DNA of 64,000 nucleotides from an uncultured Chlamydiales bacterium (GTDB lineage Bacteria; Chlamydiota; Chlamydiia; Chlamydiales; JAAKFR01): NCBI GenBank assembly GCA_963832835.1, contig CAWHVD010000001.1, positions 2,389,199 to 2,453,198 of the forward strand, read 5' to 3'. Shown piece by piece: positions 18,895 to 27,355 of this stretch (position 1 is its first letter; each line of letters starts with the position of its first letter). The notes under the pieces were generated by a model. It saw only the letters and a program-made list of their open reading frames with translations, ran no database searches and was not told where the DNA came from. The position numbers and the translations under genes were made by a program.

Positions 18895-21800
18895 ATGGCT
18901 CATGCTATCTTATCACCCCAAAAGAGTGTTGGACAACATCACCCAGGCCAGCGAGCAGAAAAATATGCCGATACAGGATCGCTTTTCACGTTCCGGGCTG
19001 CGGTTGTCTGCCATATTGTGCTGGGTGGAGGCCAAGGAGGAGGAACAGGTTTTTTAATCGGGAAAGACCTGATCATGACCAACAACCACGTGCTGGACTC
19101 TTTAGAGACAGCACGTGGTGCTAAGGCTCTTTTTTTCTATACCACCAGCACAGAAAAAGTAGAGATCGATCTCAACCCCGACGACTTTTTCCATACAAGT
19201 AAAACTCCCGACCGTACAAGTAAAACTCCCGACCGTTTGGGCTTTGAGCCTACCAAAAAGGGATATCTTGACTTCACAATCGTTTCCATTAAGTCCCATC
19301 CCAAAATCACTGAAATCTCTCACCTTGCTTTTTCCATTTTCGGCACCCCCATTCCGCTTGAACAGAGCCATGCTAACATGATCCACCACCCTCTAGACCA
19401 GGGATCAACTTACCAAAAAATTTCCTTCCGTGAAAACCTCGTAAAAGAGCTTGCCATCCACACCATCCACTATACCACGGCTACCATGCCCGGATCTTCC
19501 GGGGCTCCTGTCATGGACGATGAAGGGAATTTGATTGCTCTACACAGGGCTACCTGCACCCATATTCATAAGGCGCTGCTGAAAGACAAGATGTTAACAG
19601 CTCTTCTTCAAACCCTTTTTCCTGGGATCCAGTTTGCAAACTCAAAACTTACTCTTATGGACGCTCAAAATCAAAAGAGCGATCATGTGGGCAGATGTGC
19701 AACTATTGGTGGGTCTCCGCTTTATGTTTTTTCCGATGGAGAGCTCAAAGGGCAGTATTATCATGAGGGAAAAACAGCCTCTTTATTCAGGCTCATTGAA
19801 ACACAACACCCCTCTCCTAAAAGATGGGCTCTCGATTTTATCAACGCCCGCCTTCCTTCAGAAGAGAAACTTGCAGACTACCACAAAGAATGCAACACGG
19901 CTGTTCCCATCAAAGCGGTCCATGACTGTCTGAAAAGCGTTGGCCTTTTGGATCAAGTCCAGATACGTTATCAGGAGAGCCAAAAGAGCCTACCCACTCT
20001 ACTTAAAGAGAGCTACCTTCAAAAATGTGGTTCACTCCCCCTTGTTCTTACCAATGCTGCTTTTCCCATCGAAAGCTTTTTTACCCAGCTCTCTATCGTT
20101 TCTCATGCTTCTCAAGAAAAAAAGGAAGAGGAGGTGGATCAAAGAGATCCTAACATGGTGGAAAAGGACTCTTTGCGTGAGATCTATGCGCGTCTGTGTA
20201 CAGCAGAGCAGTCTATTGAAATCCATAACCTGTTTGATGAGAAGACCAGAAGAGTGTTGGTGCTGGGAAGGGCCGGTATTGGGAAAAGCACTCTATGTCA
20301 GAAAATTGCCTATGACTGGGCATCAGGTACCCTTTTTGATCAAAAGTTTTCGCTTGTCTACCATATAAAGCTGCGTGATTTCAACTCTCAAGAAACGCTG
20401 CTTGGTGATCCCCACAAGTGGATGAGTAAGATGATCGCAGAATCTTGCTATGCTGGGGCTCATCAAGCAAAAATCTTACAGGAGCTGCAAACAAATCCGG
20501 AAAAAACCCTCCTGATCTTTGACGGATGGGATGAGGCCTCTAATCAGCTGATGCAATCGCTTGAAGTTTATTTGCTCAACACCCAAGTGCACTATCTTGT
20601 GACCTCTAGACCTGGGGTGACTAGCAAAATCCATAACAACTTTGATCTGATTGTAGAAAACATGGGCTTTACCCGGACGCAAGTGGAAAGCTATGCAGAA
20701 AAGTTTTTTGCCCATACACAGTGCGCGGGGCTAGATGCTTTTCTAAAAATGCTTCACTCCCGCAGCAACCTCTTTACGATCGCGCATGTGCCTATCCAAC
20801 TCCAAATCCTCTGCACCTTATGGCACAAGGGGGAACAAGACTTTCCCCAAACTCTCACTCCCCTCTTTACCAAAATTGTCCGCCATCTTTTTGAATGGGA
20901 GCAAAACAAGAATCCCCAGAAAAAGGACCTTGCACCTCTTAAGCGCTTATTTCTTTATCAAGCTCTTGGGGAGATCGCTCTAAAAGGCTTGGTGAGTAAG
21001 CAGCTCATTATCCCAGACGCGCTGGTTAACAATACGTTAATTGAAAAAACATTGGAAGATGGTCGTTTTGGAAAGATCAGACGGCAAGATTTGATAAGCA
21101 CCGGACTTGTCAAAGAGTGCGGGACAGATGGCGCGCTCTATTTTCTGCACCTTACCTATCAAGAGTACTGTATTGCCCATTATATCAGTAGCCTCCCTCA
21201 AAGCTCTTTGGATAAAAAACAAGCTCAAGACAAGCTGCATGCCTTTATCCAAACCTACCGCTACCAACCTCATTTTCATCTTGTGATCCGTATGCTTGCA
21301 GGCTGCATGTGGGAAGCTTCCAAAGATCTCCAAACAATGGAGCTTTTCTTTGAATGGCTCTACAGTGGTCATACAGACCTTATCGGCGCCTACCACACCG
21401 AGCTGGTTCTCTCTTGCCTAGATGAATGTCGCAGTGAAGAGCTAGAGACGAGAATTTGGGATAAATATAAGATCGGAGACTTTGTGGGCCGTATCATGGA
21501 GCGTGAAGCGACAAGGGACTACCTGAGTCGGTTAATGGCCCTATCCACACCGGCATTTACGCAAGTAGCACAGCACCTAGACAAGGTAGAAACTCAAGAA
21601 AAGAACAATAAGAAGTTCTTATGCTGGTTCTTTGACCATGTGCAGCAGTATGCCAATGTGAAAAGAGTCCCTCAAATCTTAGGTATGGTCCAAAAGGCTC
21701 AGAGTGATCCTGAGGAGGATGTGCACTGCTCTGCTGCTGAAGCCCTCGGAAAGCTCGCAGCTCATGTAGAAAAGGGGAACATCCCTCAAATCTTAAATAT

Positions 21801-22518
21801 GCTCCAAGCAGATCTAAGTTATAATGAAGGGGGTGTGCGCGAACATGCTGCTGAAGCCATCCGAGAGCTTGCACCTCACGCCAAAAAAAAGAACCCTCCT
21901 CAAATCTTAAATGGGCTCCAAAAGGCTCTGGGTGATCCAGACTCGAGGGTGCGCAAAAATGTTACTGAGGCTCTCGGAGAGCTCGCAGCTCATGTAGCAA
22001 AGGAAAACATCCGCCAAAGCTTAGCTATCCTCCAAGAGGCTTTTAGTGATCGAGACTCTGATGTGCGCCGTGCTGCTGCTAAAGCTCTCGGAGAGCTCGC
22101 AGCTCATGCCGGAAAGAAGAACATCCCTCAATTCTTACATATCCTCCAAGAGGTTCTTAGTGATCAAGACTGGCTTGTTCGCAGATCTGCTGCTGAAGCC
22201 ATCCTTAGCCTAAAAACAGAATGGCTTCTGTCTGTTTTCGCTTCTCAGCCCTCCTCTCACCCCAAGCTCAATGCTCTTATTTTTGAGCATTTTATCAACC
22301 AATCCATTCCCCTATATTTTATTAAAAATAGTACAGGTTACTCCATCTGTACCAGTGATAGTTGCTACGAGGCATATAATCTTCGGCAGCTCGGGGTTCT
22401 TTCTAATCGCTGTACTGCTCTTTACAAAAACACTTGGACAGAATCGACTGAACTTGAAAATGCTAATGAAAAATCAACGACAGACACCTCTGCCAAAGAA
22501 ACGTGTGTTGTAATGTGA
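18895..22518 (+). CDS. Paralog A4: trypsin-like protease + NACHT + only about 4 HEAT repeats + CaaX (1207 aa)
   Basis: Same motifs as A2. Contains a 21-bp in-frame tandem duplication (TSKTPDR x2). Ends ...TSAKETCVVM*. Confidence 0.88.
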   Translation: MAHAILSPQKSVGQHHPGQRAEKYADTGSLFTFRAAVVCHIVLGGGQGGGTGFLIGKDLIMTNNHVLDSLETARGAKALFFYTTSTEKVEIDLNPDDFFHTSKTPDRTSKTPDRLGFEPTKKGYLDFTIVSIKSHPKITEISHLAFSIFGTPIPLEQSHANMIHHPLDQGSTYQKISFRENLVKELAIHTIHYTTATMPGSSGAPVMDDEGNLIALHRATCTHIHKALLKDKMLTALLQTLFPGIQFANSKLTLMDAQNQKSDHVGRCATIGGSPLYVFSDGELKGQYYHEGKTASLFRLIETQHPSPKRWALDFINARLPSEEKLADYHKECNTAVPIKAVHDCLKSVGLLDQVQIRYQESQKSLPTLLKESYLQKCGSLPLVLTNAAFPIESFFTQLSIVSHASQEKKEEEVDQRDPNMVEKDSLREIYARLCTAEQSIEIHNLFDEKTRRVLVLGRAGIGKSTLCQKIAYDWASGTLFDQKFSLVYHIKLRDFNSQETLLGDPHKWMSKMIAESCYAGAHQAKILQELQTNPEKTLLIFDGWDEASNQLMQSLEVYLLNTQVHYLVTSRPGVTSKIHNNFDLIVENMGFTRTQVESYAEKFFAHTQCAGLDAFLKMLHSRSNLFTIAHVPIQLQILCTLWHKGEQDFPQTLTPLFTKIVRHLFEWEQNKNPQKKDLAPLKRLFLYQALGEIALKGLVSKQLIIPDALVNNTLIEKTLEDGRFGKIRRQDLISTGLVKECGTDGALYFLHLTYQEYCIAHYISSLPQSSLDKKQAQDKLHAFIQTYRYQPHFHLVIRMLAGCMWEASKDLQTMELFFEWLYSGHTDLIGAYHTELVLSCLDECRSEELETRIWDKYKIGDFVGRIMEREATRDYLSRLMALSTPAFTQVAQHLDKVETQEKNNKKFLCWFFDHVQQYANVKRVPQILGMVQKAQSDPEEDVHCSAAEALGKLAAHVEKGNIPQILNMLQADLSYNEGGVREHAAEAIRELAPHAKKKNPPQILNGLQKALGDPDSRVRKNVTEALGELAAHVAKENIRQSLAILQEAFSDRDSDVRRAAAKALGELAAHAGKKNIPQFLHILQEVLSDQDWLVRRSAAEAILSLKTEWLLSVFASQPSSHPKLNALIFEHFINQSIPLYFIKNSTGYSICTSDSCYEAYNLRQLGVLSNRCTALYKNTWTESTELENANEKSTTDTSAKETCVVM
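21661..22220 (+). repeat. 114-bp HEAT-repeat array of A4, about 4 units
   Basis: Four LA.H-type motifs were counted before the conserved LKTEWLL domain. Confidence 0.8.
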
Positions 22519-22571
22519 TGAAAGTCGCGCTTCACTCCGAAAAAAACCTCTAATTCCTTAGGCAAAAAGCT

Positions 22572-25500
22572 ATGGCTTACACTCCCTCATCGACACAAAA
22601 AACCGGACTTGGAAATCAAGGGTCAGCCCTACAAGGGTACGCTGATACAGGATGGCTAACTAGGCTCAACGGACGAGCTCTTGTTGTCTGCCGGATCATC
22701 CTAGGTAAAAACCTAGGAGGGGGAACAGGCTTTCTCATTGGGAAAGATTTGATTATGACCAATAATCATGTGCTGAGCTCTTTGGAATCTGCACGCGATG
22801 CCCAAGCTCAATTTTTCTACACAAAAGATTCAGAGGGAGTGCAGGTTGCTCTAAATCCTGATGATTTTTTTTGTACAAGCCCCTCCCCTGATTTAGTTGG
22901 ATTTGAACCTATTAAAAAGGGGGCTCTTGACTTTACCGTTGTTTCCATTCACTCTCATCCCAAAATACGTGAAGTTTCTCACCTAGCTTTTTCTATTTTT
23001 GGCACTCCTATCCCCCAAGAAGAGCGGAATGCTAACATCATCCACCATCCTTTAAACCCTGATGGCACGAGCTACCAAAGAGTCTCGTTTCGAGAAAACC
23101 TCGTTAAAGAGGTCTCTATGTTCACACTACACTATACCACTGCTACCTTGCCCGGATCTTCCGGGGCCCCTGTTATTGATGATGAAGGGAATTTGATTGC
23201 TCTACACCGGGCTACCTGCACGCATATCCTCAAAGCTCTTTTGAAAGACAAGATGTTGACCGCTCTTCTTCAAGAACTCTTTGCCGGCATCCCATTTGTT
23301 GGGGGAGTACTGACTTTAGGTCAAAGAGAATTTAAGGGCAGATGTGCAACTATTGGTGGGTCTCCTCTTTATGTTTTTTCCGATGGAGAGCTCAAAGGGC
23401 AGTATTATTATGAGGGAAAAACAGCCTCTTTATTCAGACTCATCAACACTCAGCACCCTTCTCCCAAAAAGTGGGCTCTCGATTTTATCAACACCCACCT
23501 TCCTCCCGAAGAGCAAATTGCAGAGCACCATAAAGAGTGCAACACGGCGGTTCCCGTTAAAGCGATCCATGACCATCTGAAAAACACCCCCGGCCTTTTG
23601 GATCAAGTCCAGATACGTTATCAGGAAAGCCAAAAGAACCTACCCTCTCTGCTTAAAGAGAGCTATCTTCAAAAATGTGGTTCACTCCCCCTTGTTCTTA
23701 CCAATGCTGCTTTTCCCATCGAAAGCTTTTTTACCCAGCTCTCTATCGTTTCTCATGCTTCTCAAGAAAAAAAGGAAGAGGAGGCGGATCAAAGAGATCC
23801 TAATGTGGTTGAAAAGGACTCTTTGCGTGAGATCTATGCACGTCTGTGTACGGCAGAAAAGTCTATCGAAATCCATAATCTGTTCGATGAGAAGACCAGA
23901 AGAGTGCTGGTGCTGGGAAGGGCCGGTATTGGGAAAAGCACTCTGTGTCAGAAAATTGCCTATGACTGGGCATCAGGTACCCTTTTTGATCAGAAGTTTG
24001 CACTTGTCTACCACATAAAGTTGCGTGATTTCAACTCTCAAGACATTCTAGGTGATCCCCACAAGTGGATGAGCCAGCTGATCGCAGAAGCTTGCTATGC
24101 CGGGGCTCATCAAGAGAAAATCTCACAAGAGCTGCAAACAAATCCGGAAAAAACCCTCCTGATCTTTGACGGATGGGATGAAGCCTCTGCTCAGCTGATA
24201 CAAGCTCTTGAAGTTTATTTGCTCAACACCCAAGCGCACTATCTTGTGACCTCTAGACCTGGGGTGACTAGCAAAATCCATAACAACTTCGATCTGATTG
24301 TAGAAAATATGGGCTTTACCCGAACGCAAGTTGAAAGCTATACAGAAAAGTTTTTTGCCCATACACAGTGCGTGGGGCTAGATGCTTTTCTAAAAATGCT
24401 CCACTCCCGCAGCAACCTCTTTACGATCGCGCATGTGCCTATCCAACTCCAAATTCTCTGCACCTTATGGCAGAAGGGGGAACACGACTTTCCCCAAACT
24501 CTCACTCCCCTCTTCACTAAAATTGTCCGCCATCTTTTTGAATGGGAGCAAAACAAGAACCCTCAGAAAAAAGAGATTGCACCCCTTAAGCACTTATTTC
24601 TTTATCAAGCTCTTGGAGAGATCGCTCTAAAGGGGTTGGTGAGTAAGCAGCTTATTATCCCAGATGCACTGGTTACCAATACGTTAATTGAAAAATCGTT
24701 GGAAGATGGTCGCTTTGAGAAGATCAGGCGGCAAGATTTGATAAGCACCGGACTTGTCAAAGAGTGCGGGACAGATGGCACGCTCTATTTTCTACACCTC
24801 ACCTATCAAGAGTACTGTATTGCCCATTATATCAGTAGCCTCCCTCAAAGCTCTTTGGATAAAAAACAGGCTCAAGACAAGCAGCGCGCCTTTATCCAAA
24901 CCTACCGTTATCAACCCCATTTTCATCTTGTGATCCGTATGCTCGCCGGCTGCATGTGGGAAGCTTCCAAAGATCTCCAAACAATGGAGCTTTTCTTTGA
25001 ATGGCTCTATAGTGGTCATACAGACCTTATCGGCGCCTACCAAACGGAGCTGGTTCTCTCTTGCCTAGATGAATGTCGCAGTAAAGAGCTAGAGAAGAGG
25101 ATTTGGGAGAAATATAAGATCGGAGACTTTGTGGGCTGGATCATGGAGCGTGAAGCGACACGGGACTACCTGAGTCGGTTAATGGCCCTATCCACACCGG
25201 CATTTACGCAAGTAGCACAGCACCTAGACAAGGTAGATACTCAAGAAAAGAACAATAAGAAGTTCTTATGCTGGTTCTTTGACCATGTGCAGCAGTACGC
25301 AAATGAGACAAGATTCCCTCAAATCTTAGGTATGGTCCTCCAAGCGGCTCTGGACGATAAAAGCTTGGAAACGCGGAGCATTGCTAATGAGGTTATCGGA
25401 AAGCTTGCAGATCACGTCAGAAAGGCGAATATTCCTCAAATCTTAAATATGCTCCAAGCGGCTCTGAGTGATCAATACTCGGATGAGCACCAATCTGCTG

Positions 25501-27299
25501 CTGAGGCCCTCATAAAGCTTGCAGCTCGTGCCGGAAAGGAGAACATCCCTCAAATCTTAAATATGCTCCAAGCGGCTCTGATTGATCAAGACTCGCATGT
25601 GGGTGAACATGCTGCTGAGGCCCTCGGAGAGCTTGCAGCTCACACCGCAAAGGAGAACATCCCTCAAATCTTAAATGAGCTCCAAAAGGCCCTGAGTAAT
25701 CAAGGCCCGGATGTGCGCCACAATGCTGCTAAGGCTCTCAGAGAGCTTGCAGCTCACACAGGAAAGGAGAACATCCCTCAAATCTTAAATATGCTCCAAG
25801 CGGCTCTGATTGATCAAGACTCGGGTGTGCGCCGCAATGCTGCTGAAGCCCTCGGAGAGCTTGCAGCTCACGCCGCAATGGAGAACATCCCTCAAATCTT
25901 AGGTATCGTTCAAAAGGTCTTGAGTAATCAAGGCCCGGATGTGCGCTGCAATGCTGCTTATACCCTCGGAGAGCTCGCAGCTCACACCGGAAAGGAGAAC
26001 ATCCCTCAAATCTTAAATATGCTCCAAGCGGCTCTGATTGATCAAGACTCGGGTGTGCGCAGCGCTGCTACTAAGGCTATCGGGAAGCTTGCAGCTCGTG
26101 CCGGAAAGGAGAACATCCACCAAATCTTAAATTGCCTCCAAGCAGCCCAGAGTAATCAAGGCGCGGATATGTGCTGCAATGTTGCTTATACTCTCGGAGA
26201 GCTTGCAGCTCAAACAGGAAAGGAGAATATCCCTCAAATCTTAAATATGCTCCAAGCGGCCCAGATTAATCAATACTCGTATGTGCGTAGCGCTGCTACT
26301 AAGGCTATCGGAAAGCTTGCAGCTCATGTCGAAAAAGAGAACATCCCTCAAATCTTAAATATGCTCCAAGCGGCTCTGAGTGATCAAGACTCGGATGTGC
26401 GCCAATCTGCTGCTGAGGCCCTCGGAGGGCTTGCAGCTCGCCCCGCAAAGGAGAACATCCCTCAAATCTTAAATATGCTCCAAGCGGCTTTGAGTGATCA
26501 AGACTCGGATGTGCGCCAATCTGCTGCTGAGGCCCTCGGAGGGCTTGCAGCTCGCCCCGCAAAGGAGAACATCCCTCAAATCTTAGGTATCGTTCAAAAG
26601 GTCCTGAGTAATCAAGGCCCGGATGATGTGCGCCGCAATGCTGCTAAGACTCTCAGAGAGCTTGCAGCTCACACCGGAACGGAGGACATCCACCAAATTT
26701 TAAATATGCTCCAAGCGGCTCTGAGTGATCAAGATCGGGATGTGCGCAGCGCTGCTGCTGAAGCCCTCAGAGAGCTTGCAGCTCACGCCGCAAAGGAGAA
26801 CATCCCTCAAATCTTAGGTATCGTTCAAAAGGTCTTGAGTAATCAAGGCCCGGATGTGCGCTGCAATGCTGCTTATACCCTCGGAGAGCTCGCAGCTCAC
26901 ACCGGAAAGGAGAACATCCCTCAAATCTTAAATGCTCTTCTAAAGGCTCTGGATGATCAATATTCGATTGTGCGTAGAGCTGCTACTAATGCCACCCGTA
27001 GCCTAAAACCAGAATGGTTTCTGTCTATTTTCGCTTCTCAGCCCTCCTCTCACCCCAAACTGAATACTCTTATTTTTGAGCATTTTATTAACCAATCCAT
27101 TCCCCTATATTTTATTGAAAATAGTACAGGTTGTTCCATCCATATCAGCGACACTTGCTATGAACCATACAATCTCAAACAGCTCTCCGTTCTTTTGAAT
27201 CGCTGTGCTGCTCTTCTAACAAACACTTGGACAGAATCGGCCGAGCTTGAGCATGCTAAAGAGATCGTGGCTCCCAAAGAAACGTGTGCTGTAATGTGA
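22572..27299 (+). CDS. Paralog A5: trypsin-like protease + NACHT + about 14 HEAT repeats + CaaX (1575 aa)
   Basis: TNNHVL, LPGSSGAPV, GRAGIGKST, LLIFDGWDEA. Ends ...APKETCAVM*. Mosaic of A6-like, A3-like and A2-like tracts. Confidence 0.88.
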   Translation: MAYTPSSTQKTGLGNQGSALQGYADTGWLTRLNGRALVVCRIILGKNLGGGTGFLIGKDLIMTNNHVLSSLESARDAQAQFFYTKDSEGVQVALNPDDFFCTSPSPDLVGFEPIKKGALDFTVVSIHSHPKIREVSHLAFSIFGTPIPQEERNANIIHHPLNPDGTSYQRVSFRENLVKEVSMFTLHYTTATLPGSSGAPVIDDEGNLIALHRATCTHILKALLKDKMLTALLQELFAGIPFVGGVLTLGQREFKGRCATIGGSPLYVFSDGELKGQYYYEGKTASLFRLINTQHPSPKKWALDFINTHLPPEEQIAEHHKECNTAVPVKAIHDHLKNTPGLLDQVQIRYQESQKNLPSLLKESYLQKCGSLPLVLTNAAFPIESFFTQLSIVSHASQEKKEEEADQRDPNVVEKDSLREIYARLCTAEKSIEIHNLFDEKTRRVLVLGRAGIGKSTLCQKIAYDWASGTLFDQKFALVYHIKLRDFNSQDILGDPHKWMSQLIAEACYAGAHQEKISQELQTNPEKTLLIFDGWDEASAQLIQALEVYLLNTQAHYLVTSRPGVTSKIHNNFDLIVENMGFTRTQVESYTEKFFAHTQCVGLDAFLKMLHSRSNLFTIAHVPIQLQILCTLWQKGEHDFPQTLTPLFTKIVRHLFEWEQNKNPQKKEIAPLKHLFLYQALGEIALKGLVSKQLIIPDALVTNTLIEKSLEDGRFEKIRRQDLISTGLVKECGTDGTLYFLHLTYQEYCIAHYISSLPQSSLDKKQAQDKQRAFIQTYRYQPHFHLVIRMLAGCMWEASKDLQTMELFFEWLYSGHTDLIGAYQTELVLSCLDECRSKELEKRIWEKYKIGDFVGWIMEREATRDYLSRLMALSTPAFTQVAQHLDKVDTQEKNNKKFLCWFFDHVQQYANETRFPQILGMVLQAALDDKSLETRSIANEVIGKLADHVRKANIPQILNMLQAALSDQYSDEHQSAAEALIKLAARAGKENIPQILNMLQAALIDQDSHVGEHAAEALGELAAHTAKENIPQILNELQKALSNQGPDVRHNAAKALRELAAHTGKENIPQILNMLQAALIDQDSGVRRNAAEALGELAAHAAMENIPQILGIVQKVLSNQGPDVRCNAAYTLGELAAHTGKENIPQILNMLQAALIDQDSGVRSAATKAIGKLAARAGKENIHQILNCLQAAQSNQGADMCCNVAYTLGELAAQTGKENIPQILNMLQAAQINQYSYVRSAATKAIGKLAAHVEKENIPQILNMLQAALSDQDSDVRQSAAEALGGLAARPAKENIPQILNMLQAALSDQDSDVRQSAAEALGGLAARPAKENIPQILGIVQKVLSNQGPDDVRRNAAKTLRELAAHTGTEDIHQILNMLQAALSDQDRDVRSAAAEALRELAAHAAKENIPQILGIVQKVLSNQGPDVRCNAAYTLGELAAHTGKENIPQILNALLKALDDQYSIVRRAATNATRSLKPEWFLSIFASQPSSHPKLNTLIFEHFINQSIPLYFIENSTGCSIHISDTCYEPYNLKQLSVLLNRCAALLTNTWTESAELEHAKEIVAPKETCAVM
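25307..27014 (+). repeat. 114-bp HEAT-repeat array of A5, about 14 units
   Basis: Periodic ENIPQILNMLQAAL motif. Two adjacent units (26341-26568) differ at a single base. Confidence 0.85.
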
Positions 27300-27355
27300 T
27301 GCATGAAAAATCGCGCTTCACTCCGAAAGACCCTCCAACTAATTAGGCAAAAGCT

